Positions 1-9,220 of a stretch of 64,000 nucleotides of DNA are shown here, piece after piece. Position 1 is the stretch's first letter. Every line of letters starts with the position of its first letter. Origin of the DNA: Candidatus Mnemosynella biddleae (GTDB lineage Archaea > Halobacteriota > Archaeoglobi > Mnemosynellales > Mnemosynellaceae); the NCBI GenBank assembly GCA_002011165.2, contig MTMI02000007.1:159970-223969 (forward strand). The letters are read 5' to 3'. Under the pieces are notes generated by a model. The model worked only from the letters and a program-made list of their open reading frames with translations. It searched no databases and was not told the origin of the DNA. Both the position numbers and the translations under genes were made by a program.

Positions 1-356
1 CAATCTATGGAATGACTGGAGGACAGGTCTCTCCAACGACTCCAGAGATGGCAAAGACAACGACAACTCCCGAAGGATGCAAGGAGAGACCATTTGATCT
101 CTGTGAACTTGTTCTCGCAGCTGGAGGATCTTATGTGGCAAGATGGACAACCTATCACGTTCGACAACTTCAAAACTCAATAAAAGAAGCCCTCGAACAT
201 CCGGGATTTTCATTTATAGAAGTCTTTTCTCAGTGTCCAGTTCAGTTCGGAAGGAGGAATAAAAAAGATCACATTCAGATGCTCCGTGAATTTAAGGAGA
301 AGTCCTCTCTGGAGGGAGGGGGAGATAAAATAAAAATAGGAGTATTCAGGAGGTGA
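1..356 (+). CDS. 2-oxoacid:ferredoxin oxidoreductase beta (TPP-binding) subunit, C-terminal fragment; 5' end lies outside the window
   Basis: The reading frame is open to the window edge. The C-terminal stretch GGSYVARWTTYHV...GFSFIEVFSQCPVQFGRRN resembles KorB/PorB-type beta subunits. It is followed directly by a gamma subunit and sucCD. Confidence 0.7.
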   Translation, partial: IYGMTGGQVSPTTPEMAKTTTTPEGCKERPFDLCELVLAAGGSYVARWTTYHVRQLQNSIKEALEHPGFSFIEVFSQCPVQFGRRNKKDHIQMLREFKEKSSLEGGGDKIKIGVFRR

Positions 357-362
357 AAGAAG

Positions 363-902
363 TTGAAATACGAGATTATTTTGAGCGGAAAAGGAGGTCA
401 GGGATTGATATTAGCTGGAATCATTCTCGCTGAGGCTGCAGCAATTTACGAGGGTCTTCATGTTGTTCAAACTCAATCTTACGGTCCTGAGGCCAGAGGA
501 GGAGCGAGCAAGTCTGAAGTGATTATAAGTGATGAGCCCATAGACTTTCCAAAAGTTACTTCAGCAGATATCGTTGTTGCTCTCTCTCAAGAAGCATGCG
601 ATATTTATGCAAAGATGGTTAAGAGAGGAGGAATTTTGATTCTAGATGAAGATGAAGTTCAGAAAGTTCCTGAGATTGAGGGGAGAATATACAGAATTCC
701 CTTTATCAGAATGGCAGTTGAGGAGATTGGAAAAGCAATAGTAACAAATATCGTGACTCTCGGCTCTCTCATCGGACTTACGGAGATCCTATCTCCAGAG
801 AGCGTAATAAAGGCTATAGAGAACAGAACTCCGAAGGGCACTGAAGAAATAAATAGGAAAGCCTTCGAACTTGGTTTTAAAGCTGCGAAGGGATTAGCAT
901 GA
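363..902 (+). CDS. 2-oxoacid:ferredoxin oxidoreductase gamma subunit
   Basis: TTG start. The N-terminal GKGGQGLILAGIILAEAA motif is typical of OFOR gamma subunits. The protein is 179 aa and its stop overlaps the sucC start. Confidence 0.8.
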   Translation: MKYEIILSGKGGQGLILAGIILAEAAAIYEGLHVVQTQSYGPEARGGASKSEVIISDEPIDFPKVTSADIVVALSQEACDIYAKMVKRGGILILDEDEVQKVPEIEGRIYRIPFIRMAVEEIGKAIVTNIVTLGSLIGLTEILSPESVIKAIENRTPKGTEEINRKAFELGFKAAKGLA

Positions 903-1969
903 GGCTCTATGAATATCAGGGTAAGGAACTCGTGAGAGCTCACGGAATACCTGTTCCGGAGGGTTATTTGGTAACATCCCCAGAAGAAGCAGAAAGAGTT
1001 GCGGAGCTGTTAGGGGAAGTAGCTCTTAAAGCTCAGGTTCTCAGTGGGGGAAGAGGAAAGGCTGGAGGAGTCCTCTTTGCATCATCTCCAAAAGAAGCGA
1101 GAAAAAGAGCTGAAGAACTTTTTTCAAAGAAAGTCCATGGTTATAGAGTTGAGAAGTTACTTGTGGAGAAGAAGCTGAGGATTGAAAAGGAGATATACAT
1201 CGGAATCATTGTTGACAGGAGTACGAGAAAACCGGCAATTATAGTTAGTCCGAAGGGAGGAGTTGATATAGAGTCTGTACCTCCAGAGTATTTGAAAGTG
1301 CGTCATCTCAGCCCAAATAGAGGACTGAGTGATGCAAGAGATCTAACTTCTTTCTTGGGAATGAGCGGAGAAGAATGGATCATCGAAAAGCTCTATGAGA
1401 TATTCACAAAATATGACATGCAACTTCTCGAAATCAATCCTCTCATCTATGACGGAAATTCTTACATCGCAGCCGATGTTCGAGCAATTGTTGATGATAA
1501 TGCTCTATTCCGCCAGAACTTTGAGATAAACTATGAAGAGATGAATGAGAGGGAGAGAATGGCAAGAGAAAGAGGAATAGCTTATGTGGAGCTTGACGGT
1601 GACATAGGGATAATTGGAAACGGTGCAGGTCTTGTTATGGCTACTATGGATCTTGTCTATCTGAGAGGAGGAAAACCTGCAGATTTCTGCGATCTTGGAG
1701 GAGGGGCAGATAGGGAAAGAGTTAAAGAGGCGATAAAGATTGTTCTTCAGCATCCGAGCCTCAAAAAACTTCTGATAAACATTCTTGGAGGAATAACGAG
1801 ATGTGATGAAGTCGCCCTTGGGATTTTAGAGGCGTCTCCAAACGTTCCAACTGTTATAAGGATGATGGGAACGAAGGAGGAGGAAGGAAGAGAAATTTTA
1901 GAAAAGGCTGGAATAAAAGTTGAGAAAACTCTTGAAGAGGCGGTGGAGAGTGTTGTGAAATGGTCTTGA
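899..1969 (+). CDS. sucC: succinyl-CoA synthetase (ADP-forming) beta subunit
   Basis: ATP-grasp N-terminus [22 protein letters not shown], the [12 protein letters not shown] motif, and an overlap with sucD. Confidence 0.9.
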   Translation: MRLYEYQGKELVRAHGIPVPEGYLVTSPEEAERVAELLGEVALKAQVLSGGRGKAGGVLFASSPKEARKRAEELFSKKVHGYRVEKLLVEKKLRIEKEIYIGIIVDRSTRKPAIIVSPKGGVDIESVPPEYLKVRHLSPNRGLSDARDLTSFLGMSGEEWIIEKLYEIFTKYDMQLLEINPLIYDGNSYIAADVRAIVDDNALFRQNFEINYEEMNERERMARERGIAYVELDGDIGIIGNGAGLVMATMDLVYLRGGKPADFCDLGGGADRERVKEAIKIVLQHPSLKKLLINILGGITRCDEVALGILEASPNVPTVIRMMGTKEEEGREILEKAGIKVEKTLEEAVESVVKWS

Positions 1970-2841
1970 TTGATGAGAATACAAAAGTTCTCGTTCAGGG
2001 GATTACAGGGAGACAGGGAAGATTTCACACGGGAGCGATGTTAAACTATGGAACAAAAATCGTCGCAGGTGTAACTCCGGGAAAAAAAGGTGAATCTGTT
2101 CGCGGAGTTCCTGTTTACAACTCTGTGGATGAGGCAATGAGGGAGAGAGAGGCAGACGCATCAATTATCTTCGTCCCTGCAAAACATGCTATGAATGCAG
2201 TCATGGAGGCAATAGAATTCTCCCTCAATCCTATTGTCGTGATAACAGAAGGAATTCCTGTTCATGATACAATGAAGTTCGTTGAAAAAGCAAGAGAAAA
2301 AGGAATTAACATCATAGGGCCGAATACTCCGGGGATCATATCTCCCGAAAGATGTAAAATCGGAATTATGCCCTCTCGCGTCTTCAAAAAAGGAAGTGTT
2401 GCCATTCTATCAAGGAGTGGAACTCTGACCTATGAGATTGCATATAATCTTAGCTCGAATGGTCTCGGTCAATCTCTCTGTGTGGGTATAGGAGGAGATC
2501 CCGTAATCGGAACCGATTTTGTGGATCTTCTGCCGTTGTTCGAAGAGGATGAAGAAACCAATGCTATAGTTCTTATCGGTGAAATTGGTGGAGATGCGGA
2601 GGAAAGAGCAAGCGACTTCATAAAGAAAATGAAAAAACCAGTTGTTGCTTATATTGCTGGGATTTCAGCTCCACCAGGGAAGAAAATGGGACATGCGGGA
2701 GCCATCATAGAGAGAGGAGGCGACGCTAAATCGAAGCAAAGAGCTCTTCAGGAAGCGGGAGTAAGAGTAGCCACAACACCATCGGAAATTTCAAATATCC
2801 TTAGAGGAATAGTGGGAACGGATGGTCGAAAACTGGAGTGA
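1960..2841 (+). CDS. sucD: succinyl-CoA synthetase alpha subunit
   Basis: CoA-binding motif [21 protein letters not shown], and the phosphohistidine loop MGHAGAII. Confidence 0.92.
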   Translation: MVLIDENTKVLVQGITGRQGRFHTGAMLNYGTKIVAGVTPGKKGESVRGVPVYNSVDEAMREREADASIIFVPAKHAMNAVMEAIEFSLNPIVVITEGIPVHDTMKFVEKAREKGINIIGPNTPGIISPERCKIGIMPSRVFKKGSVAILSRSGTLTYEIAYNLSSNGLGQSLCVGIGGDPVIGTDFVDLLPLFEEDEETNAIVLIGEIGGDAEERASDFIKKMKKPVVAYIAGISAPPGKKMGHAGAIIERGGDAKSKQRALQEAGVRVATTPSEISNILRGIVGTDGRKLE

Positions 2842-3511
2842 ATATATTCCATATAAGCACTCAATGCTTAGAATTTTGGAGAATCTCTCTTCAATTTATT
2901 CAAGAGGTGAAAATTTTGTAATAATAGGGGGTTTCTCCCTTCTTGTTAACTGTTATCTCAAATTTCCTTGTCTGTGGGACATAGATATACTCGTCCCCTC
3001 TGAGGATAAGTTGAGGAAAATCTTGAGTTCAATGGATTTTGAAGTGGAAATCATTCATGAGATGTCCGAAGATGATTTCACTGCAGTAGGCGCTCTAGTA
3101 AAGTCAGAAGATCGCTGGATAAACGTTGATGTACTCGTAAAAGACCTATTCCCTCTTTATAACAAAACGAAGATTATTTTCGAAGGCAGGATTGAAAGTT
3201 ATGAGCTGAGAATTCCTCTTGGACATCCCTACGCAGTACTTGTAGATAAAGTTCTTACTTCAAGATTTGCAGAGGGTCTTGAAAGGAGAGATCCACTGGT
3301 TTATGACGTTCGGCACGTAGGACTTATTCTTACAAAAGACGTTGAAAAAGAAGAACTCTGGAACTTTCTTAAGGAGAATCTTAAAGAAGAATTGCGGGAT
3401 GAGTTTTTAACTAGGCTCAGACAATTCGTTGATCTCTCAGGTTTGGGATATATAGAGGAGGAAATTAAAGAAAAATTGATAAAAAGATTGAGCGAAATTA
3501 ATTATTCGTGA
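2822..3511 (+). CDS. nucleotidyltransferase-fold protein of unknown function (minimal NTase signature, possibly DUF2204/AbiEii-like)
   Basis: The pattern IIGGFSLLV-x12-WDIDILV followed by INVDVLV matches the GG...DxD...D Pol-beta-type NTase signature. The ORF overlaps the sucD 3' end by 20 nt, and its stop overlaps the MFS start (GTGA). Confidence 0.5.
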   Translation: MVENWSEYIPYKHSMLRILENLSSIYSRGENFVIIGGFSLLVNCYLKFPCLWDIDILVPSEDKLRKILSSMDFEVEIIHEMSEDDFTAVGALVKSEDRWINVDVLVKDLFPLYNKTKIIFEGRIESYELRIPLGHPYAVLVDKVLTSRFAEGLERRDPLVYDVRHVGLILTKDVEKEELWNFLKENLKEELRDEFLTRLRQFVDLSGLGYIEEEIKEKLIKRLSEINYS

Positions 3512-4755
3512 AGGCGTCTGACTCTCTCTCCTATCGTTGGATAGTATTTTCGATCCTCGCCTCTATCTACTTTCTTGTTTACTTCTTCAGAACTTCTCCC
3601 GCGGTAATAGCAAACGATCTAATGATTGAATTCTCTACAGGAGCAGCGATAATAGGTGTGATGTCTTCTGCATATTTTTATTCCTATGCTGTTGCTCAAC
3701 TTCCAGTTGGAGTTCTCGCAGATACTATAGGATCAAGAAAAACTGTTGGTCTTTTTGCCCTGATAACTCTCTTTGGAACTCTCATTTTCGCTTTTGCCTC
3801 AAATGTCATGGTCTTGAGCATAGGAAGGGCTCTAATAGGATTTGGAGGTGGAGGAATCTTTGTCCCAACTCAGAGAATTCTTACGAGATGGTTCAGAACG
3901 AATGAGTTTGCAAAGATGAATGGATTGTTAATCTCGATAGGTACTTTTGGAGCTCTCGTCTCCTCAGCTCCATTTGCCATCCTTGTCTCTTTAACTGGTT
4001 GGAGGAACTCTTTTTTGATCATTGCATTAATTCTCATCATTCTCATCCTTCTAAATTTCTCGCTGGTAAGAGATGAACCGTCTATTCCCATTCATCCAGA
4101 AGTCAGACACCAAAAGGAGCGGATTAGGGACTCTCTGAAGACCGTTCTTAGAAACAGAAACTTCCGCGTTCTTTTTCTTGCTTCCATGATGACGTATGGG
4201 GTGATGATGGGTTTTCAGGGTCTTTGTGGTGTGACTTATTTCATGGATGTTTATGGGGTTGAGAGAGAAATAGGTGCAACAATCCTCATGATGATAAGCA
4301 TAGGCGTCATAATTGGAGGTCCTCTAGGAGGGATCCTCTCAGAGAAGCTCGAGAAAAGAAAATCCGTTTATCAGTTTGGACTTACCGGAAGTTTTACCAT
4401 TTGGCTTCCTATCGCACTTTTTCTCGAAAAAATCCCTCTTATACTCTATTATCCTCTTTCCTTCTTTTTCGGTCTTTTCAGCGGGATTAACGTCATATTT
4501 CAAACTATTGGAAAGGAATCATTTCCCAAAGATAACATCGCTACTGGGCTCGCAACCCTAAACATGGCAGCGTTTATAGGTGCAGCATTTGTGCAGGGAG
4601 TTACAGGCTATCTTATCGAGCTCGGAGGAAAAGTTGACCACGGCTATTCGCCAGAAGGATATCAGATAACTTTTATTTTCTATCTAATTCTTCTCCTCTT
4701 TGCACTTCTTCTATCCTTTTTCGTCGTGGAGCCCCAAAAAATGGAGAAGGGCTAA
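3508..4755 (+). CDS. MFS transporter (about 12 TM segments)
   Basis: 415 aa, hydrophobic throughout, with a central cytoplasmic loop (VRDEPSIPIHPEVRHQKERIRD) between two 6-TM halves. This is typical MFS architecture. Confidence 0.75.
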   Translation: MKASDSLSYRWIVFSILASIYFLVYFFRTSPAVIANDLMIEFSTGAAIIGVMSSAYFYSYAVAQLPVGVLADTIGSRKTVGLFALITLFGTLIFAFASNVMVLSIGRALIGFGGGGIFVPTQRILTRWFRTNEFAKMNGLLISIGTFGALVSSAPFAILVSLTGWRNSFLIIALILIILILLNFSLVRDEPSIPIHPEVRHQKERIRDSLKTVLRNRNFRVLFLASMMTYGVMMGFQGLCGVTYFMDVYGVEREIGATILMMISIGVIIGGPLGGILSEKLEKRKSVYQFGLTGSFTIWLPIALFLEKIPLILYYPLSFFFGLFSGINVIFQTIGKESFPKDNIATGLATLNMAAFIGAAFVQGVTGYLIELGGKVDHGYSPEGYQITFIFYLILLLFALLLSFFVVEPQKMEKG

Positions 4756-4890
4756 AAAGACGATTATCAGGAGAAGTGCAAGAATCAAATATGGTAAAAG
4801 CTTTATAAAAAGCCAGAGGAGAAGAAGGAATATAAGGAAAATGAATAGTATGGTTATCAGTGCAGGAATTCCAGATAGGATAACTTTCAT
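4711..4890 (-). CDS. small two-TM membrane protein, 59 aa; not in the ORF track because it is below the cutoff
   Basis: Hand translation gives MKVILSGIPALITILFIFLIFLLLLWLFIKLLPYLILALLLIIVFLALLHFLGLHDEKG*. GGTGAGGAAGG lies immediately upstream of the ATG and looks like a Shine-Dalgarno site. The ORF overlaps the last 45 nt of the convergent MFS gene. Confidence 0.4.
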   Translation of the reverse strand: MKVILSGIPALITILFIFLIFLLLLWLFIKLLPYLILALLLIIVFLALLHFLGLHDEKG

Positions 4891-4940
4891 CCTTCCTCAC
4901 CTCTGAGAGGAAATAAAATTATTCTTCCTGAGATGAGAAT

Positions 4941-4953
4941 GAGAGACTCTCTC
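4941..4953. promoter_or_regulatory. palindrome GAGAGA-C-TCTCTC in the divergent intergenic region between two small membrane-protein genes
   Basis: Read directly from the sequence: 6-bp arms with a 1-nt spacer, between minus-strand start 4890 and plus-strand start 5059. Confidence 0.2.
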
Positions 4954-5058
4954 AGTATTTGAAGCGAATTCTCGCTCATATTGCTAAATTTGATCTCATC
5001 GAATAAATAATTTCGTCTAACGAAAACGAAAATCTCATAAATCTTTGAATAAACAGCC

Positions 5059-5397
5059 GTGATTATGGATCCATTTCCTCTAACCTTCATTGTTCCTCCG
5101 TTCGTTGCAACTTATATCTTCTGGAGGATAAATCGAGTGAGAAAAATTATACTCATTCTTCTCTACATTTCGGCTCTCATTCTTTTGCTTTTAGCTTATT
5201 TTCTCCTATTTCTCATAAATTTCGGCGGAATACACACGAATGGAATAGTTATTGACATAATTCCGGAGTTTGTCAAAGAAATTCTCAGCATATCACTCAA
5301 ATTATTCTTGACGAGTCTCCTCATCATGTTTGCGAATACAGTAGCTCTTTCTTCACTCTATTCTCTTTTCGCATATCTTCTCAGAGTTACGGAGTGA
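5059..5397 (+). CDS. hypothetical membrane protein (3-4 TM)
   Basis: 112-aa hydrophobic ORF with no competing ORF. The start may be ATG at 5065. No recognisable family. Confidence 0.45.
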   Translation: MIMDPFPLTFIVPPFVATYIFWRINRVRKIILILLYISALILLLLAYFLLFLINFGGIHTNGIVIDIIPEFVKEILSISLKLFLTSLLIMFANTVALSSLYSLFAYLLRVTE

Positions 5398-5447
5398 AAA
5401 AGCTTTTTAGTTTTCCGAATAATATGAAATGATGAGGTGGGTGGAAA

Positions 5448-6077
5448 GTGGTTAAAATTAGGTGGTTTGGTCACGCCTGTTTCAGAATTCAGGGAGATCT
5501 CAGTGTCGTGATAGACCCATTTCACCAAAGAGATGTTGGATATCCTACTCCAGAGACTGAAGCAGATGTTGTGCTTGTAACTCACGATCACTTCGATCAT
5601 AACAAAGTGGATGTGGTAAGAGGTGATTTCAAAATAGTGAACTCTCCAGGGGAGCATGAGATTGGAGGCGTGAAGTTCAGAGGGATTCCAAGTTATCACG
5701 ATGATGCGAGGGGGGCACTTAGAGGGAAGAATATCATTTATGTTTTCCAGTTGAACGGAATAACTTTCTGCCATCTTGGAGATCTCGGAGATGTTTTGAG
5801 CGATGAAGAAGTGAAGGAAATCGGAGATGTGGATGTTTTGATGATCCCGGTAGGAGGTCACTTTACGATTGGACCAAAAGAAGCTACAGAAGTTACGAGT
5901 CAGATGTCTCCAAAGATTACAATTCCGATGCACTATAAGACTCCAGTGATAGATTTTCCAATAAAGCCTGTGGATGAGTTTCTGAGAGGAAAGGAGAATA
6001 TAAGAAAGTTCGAAGAGAGCGAAGTTGAAGTTGTACTCCCAGAAAAATCAGAGATCTGGGTTCTCAATTATGGCTGA
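5448..6077 (+). CDS. metallo-beta-lactamase-fold hydrolase, UPF0173 type
   Basis: The N-terminus KIRWFGHACFRIQG and the THDHFDH metal-binding motif are characteristic of the UPF0173 MBL family. Confidence 0.8.
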   Translation: MVKIRWFGHACFRIQGDLSVVIDPFHQRDVGYPTPETEADVVLVTHDHFDHNKVDVVRGDFKIVNSPGEHEIGGVKFRGIPSYHDDARGALRGKNIIYVFQLNGITFCHLGDLGDVLSDEEVKEIGDVDVLMIPVGGHFTIGPKEATEVTSQMSPKITIPMHYKTPVIDFPIKPVDEFLRGKENIRKFEESEVEVVLPEKSEIWVLNYG

Positions 6078-6456
6078 AGAAGTTATTGCCATTGACATCT
6101 CCGGAAGACATGCGATGGAAGATGGGACATATTTCATGATATGTGCAGCGGTTGAAGCTAAAATAACTGGTTATTCGATTCTCTCTGTTGAAAATCTTGT
6201 GATAAAAAAGAAACGATACAAAAACGCTCCGTGTTTGGCGGAGATTCTCGATCTGGTGAAGGAGACTGTGAGAGGTATGAAGGCAAGAGTTCTAATTTCT
6301 GAAGCAGGAGAGTTCTTTAATGAACCTGAGTGGAGAATAGGAAGTGTCTTGGGAAAAGAAGTTAGATATCTCGAAAGCATCGGAGAAAGAAGATTGCAGA
6401 AGCTCGCTCATATGATAACAAATGAGACAAGATCTCTGCTACTAGAGGAACCATGA
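6070..6456 (+). CDS. conserved-looking hypothetical protein (about 128 aa) with a possible RNase H-like N-terminal strand
   Basis: The ATG at 6070 overlaps the MBL stop (ATGGCTGA) and the stop overlaps the hflX start. The N-terminal VIAIDISGRH resembles the first strand plus Asp of RNase H/RuvC-like folds. A TTG start at 6025 is an alternative. Confidence 0.5.
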   Translation: MAEEVIAIDISGRHAMEDGTYFMICAAVEAKITGYSILSVENLVIKKKRYKNAPCLAEILDLVKETVRGMKARVLISEAGEFFNEPEWRIGSVLGKEVRYLESIGERRLQKLAHMITNETRSLLLEEP

Positions 6457-7709
6457 GAGCGATTATTGTTGCGAGAAAAGATCCCAGAAAGGACATTTCA
6501 GAGGATCTTGAAGAAATGGTGGTTCTCGCAGAGTCTGCAGGATATGAGGTAGTGGGAACTCTCGTTCAGCAGAGAAGTATAGATAGAGTTTATCAGATCG
6601 GTAGAGGGAAGCTGAAAGAGCTTAAAGAGATGATAGAGAAGAGTGAGGCTGAAAAGGTGATTTTTTTAAACAAGCTGAGTGCAAGTCAGATCTTTAATCT
6701 AACTTCGGAGCTTAAGGTTGAGGTGATTGATAAGTTCAATCTAATTCTCGAAATATTCGCCAGAAATGCAAAAACTAGAAAAGCTCAGCTTCAGGTTGAG
6801 CTTGCGAAATTGAGTTATGAGCTCCCCAAAGCAAGAGTCATGGTCTCGCTTATGAAGCGTGGAGAGAGGCCTGGGTTTAAAAGCCTTGGAAGGTATTACG
6901 ACCTTTACGAGAGGGATATAAGAAGAAGAATTTACGAGATAAAAAGAGAACTCTCTGAAAAGGATAGGATATCAGAAGAGGTGAGAAAGAAGAGAAAGGA
7001 AATTGGAGGTTATCTCGTAACCCTTGCAGGATACACGAATGCGGGAAAGAGTACTTTAATGAGAAGACTAACGTCAAAAAGAGTCATTTCAGATGATAAG
7101 CTCTTTACAACTCTATCTCCTTCTACCGCAGAGCTCAGAATTAAGGGAAGAAGAGTTTTTCTTACCGATACGGTTGGTTTCATAAAGGATCTCCCTCCTT
7201 GGATGGTTGCTGCATTTAGATCCACGATGGACGAAATATTCTCCTCAGATCTGATTCTTCTTGTTGTTGATGCCTCTGAGGATACAAAGGCTATAAGGAG
7301 GAAGCTGAAAACATCTCACGAGATTTTATATGAGAATGGATATGCTGGAAGACTCATAACTGTAATGAACAAGATTGACAAGATAAATGAGGAAGAACTT
7401 GAGAGAAAGATTGAGGAGCTCGGAAATCTTCTCCACAACACTGTAGCTGTATCTGCAGTTTCTGGTGAGGGAATTGATGAGCTCTTGGAGAAAATCTACC
7501 AAGAACTTCCGAAATGGAGGCTCTATGAGCTAAAACTCCCTATGAGCAGAGATGGAATGAAATTGCTCCACAGACTTTACGAGGAGTCGCACATCCTTCA
7601 GGTGAGCTTCAACGAATGGATTTCGGTGAGGCTCGAAGCGGAAACTGGTTTAATTAATAAGATCGAAAATGAGAATGGAGTTGAGGTGTTAGAGTATGGA
7701 GCGGGGTAA
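6453..7709 (+). CDS. hflX: GTPase HflX
   Basis: An HflX N-domain and coiled linker are followed by the G1 motif GYTNAGKSTL, then DTVGF and NKID. The protein is 418 aa. Confidence 0.88.
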   Translation: MRAIIVARKDPRKDISEDLEEMVVLAESAGYEVVGTLVQQRSIDRVYQIGRGKLKELKEMIEKSEAEKVIFLNKLSASQIFNLTSELKVEVIDKFNLILEIFARNAKTRKAQLQVELAKLSYELPKARVMVSLMKRGERPGFKSLGRYYDLYERDIRRRIYEIKRELSEKDRISEEVRKKRKEIGGYLVTLAGYTNAGKSTLMRRLTSKRVISDDKLFTTLSPSTAELRIKGRRVFLTDTVGFIKDLPPWMVAAFRSTMDEIFSSDLILLVVDASEDTKAIRRKLKTSHEILYENGYAGRLITVMNKIDKINEEELERKIEELGNLLHNTVAVSAVSGEGIDELLEKIYQELPKWRLYELKLPMSRDGMKLLHRLYEESHILQVSFNEWISVRLEAETGLINKIENENGVEVLEYGAG

Positions 7710-8121
7710 TATAACGAGAATAGGAGTTTCAATAAGTGATAGTCTTCTGAAAAGGTTTGATGAAATAATAGCTCAAAGAGGATACTCCTCAAGGTCTGAA
7801 GGAATTAGGGATGCCATCAGAAACTACATCGCAGATTATGAGTGGATGAGTGCTGAAGAAGGAGAGAGGATCGGAGTAATCACGATTCTTTATGACCATC
7901 ATCAGAGAGGTCTTTCCGAGACTTTGACGAGTATTCAACATGATTTCAATGACATCATAAGGGTCTCTGTGCATCTTCACTTGGATCATCACAACTGTTT
8001 AGAAGCGATTCTCGTGAAAGGTGATGCAAAAAGAGTTAAGACAATGGCGGAGAGAATGATGGCGCTTAGAGGAGTCAAGCAGGTGAAGCTAACTACTACG
8101 ATCTCTCTCGAAGACCTTTGA
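7696..8121 (+). CDS. nikR: nickel-responsive transcriptional regulator NikR
   Basis: Ribbon-helix-helix N-terminus RIGVSISDSLLKRFDEII..GYSSRSEGIRDAIR and a His-rich C-domain (YDHHQRG...HLHLDHHNCLE). Overlaps hflX by 14 nt. Confidence 0.85.
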   Translation: MERGNITRIGVSISDSLLKRFDEIIAQRGYSSRSEGIRDAIRNYIADYEWMSAEEGERIGVITILYDHHQRGLSETLTSIQHDFNDIIRVSVHLHLDHHNCLEAILVKGDAKRVKTMAERMMALRGVKQVKLTTTISLEDL

Positions 8122-9219
8122 TCTCTTCAGTTTTCTGTAAACTTGGAGAGGATGCTTCGCACTTCCGCAAACTTTAGATCTCAGACAGTCTCCGTAAACT
8201 TTCATAGTTTCACATGAGGGTGGAGTATATTTCGTTCCCGTAGCTCCATTTATGTGTCTAACTTGATATCTCGTTTTCTCTTCATCGAAGTCTGGAGAGT
8301 TTCTATAGATCGAAACTATTTCGTCTACATTCATTCCTATGGATAATAAGAATGATGTGAGGGCAAATCTGGATGCGTGAGGAAGATTCTTTCCTTCAAG
8401 AGCCATTCTGAAGAGATTTTCTATACAAGGAGGGAGTGCACTTTCTTCAAATTCTCCAACGTCTTCGAAAATTTTTTCTCTGAACTCCTCTATTTCATCT
8501 CTCATCTCATCAATTATGAAGTTTATGTGATTGCAAACGTCTTTCCCAACGTTTAAAGGAAGTTCAGACTCTATTTTCTCTCTTATAGCTTCTTGAAGCA
8601 ATCTAATGAGTTCAGATTTTGTAAGTGTGAGAAATCCTCTATTCAGATCTCTGTTTACCAGTCTCCAAGTGAAATCTTCTTGCGTGCCTCTTATCTTTGT
8701 TGCGTATTTCACAAAGCTTGTGAAGTGAAGTAAATATTTTCCATTTGTTCTTTCAATTTCAACTCCGAGTTCTTCTGCGACTTTCACCAGAATCTCTTCT
8801 CTCTCCTCTTCGAGTTTCTTTTTCGAATATTCTGCCTCTCTCAAGGCAAATCTTCTTATAAGGTAATTATCTCTTAGGCAAGATAGAATCAACTTTACGA
8901 GGGCAAAGGACAAAATCTCTGCATCTCTATAACTTAAAGCTCTTTTGCTTTTTTTATCCAGAAAATCTTCAGAATACTCTTCTACTCCATCGAACTCTCT
9001 ACCGAGAGCTTTTCTGAAAAATTCTGGATCAGGATATGATGGATCCTCAGGGTCAGTTATCTCTCCTCGAAGAGTGCCAATAATTCGCTCTTTAGCTCTT
9101 TTAATTATTAGTTCGTAAAATTCATTCTCTTCTATCAGCTTAACAAGCTCTATCGAGTCGTAGAAACGATATCTCCTTTTTGCATCCGAAGTGAAAGGGT
9201 ATCTGTGACCGTACCTCAT
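8089..9219 (-). CDS. priL: DNA primase large (regulatory) subunit PriL
   Basis: The C-terminal Fe-S domain motifs PPCIENL, LPHASRFALTSFLL and PPSCETMKVYGDC...VCG match PriL. The protein is 376 aa. Confidence 0.85.
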   Translation of the reverse strand: MRYGHRYPFTSDAKRRYRFYDSIELVKLIEENEFYELIIKRAKERIIGTLRGEITDPEDPSYPDPEFFRKALGREFDGVEEYSEDFLDKKSKRALSYRDAEILSFALVKLILSCLRDNYLIRRFALREAEYSKKKLEEEREEILVKVAEELGVEIERTNGKYLLHFTSFVKYATKIRGTQEDFTWRLVNRDLNRGFLTLTKSELIRLLQEAIREKIESELPLNVGKDVCNHINFIIDEMRDEIEEFREKIFEDVGEFEESALPPCIENLFRMALEGKNLPHASRFALTSFLLSIGMNVDEIVSIYRNSPDFDEEKTRYQVRHINGATGTKYTPPSCETMKVYGDCLRSKVCGSAKHPLQVYRKLKRSKVFERDRSS

Positions 9220-9220
9220 C

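Noticed and set aside
4700-4906. 68-aa highly basic plus-strand ORF after the MFS gene.
   Set aside because: It overlaps the MFS 3' end in another frame and has no ribosome-binding sequence. The opposite strand gives a better-supported hydrophobic ORF with a Shine-Dalgarno-like sequence.
5358-5933. 191-aa minus-strand ORF antisense to the MBL hydrolase gene.
   Set aside because: The plus-strand protein carries the HxHxDH MBL signature. The antisense ORF has no recognisable features and an implausible composition.
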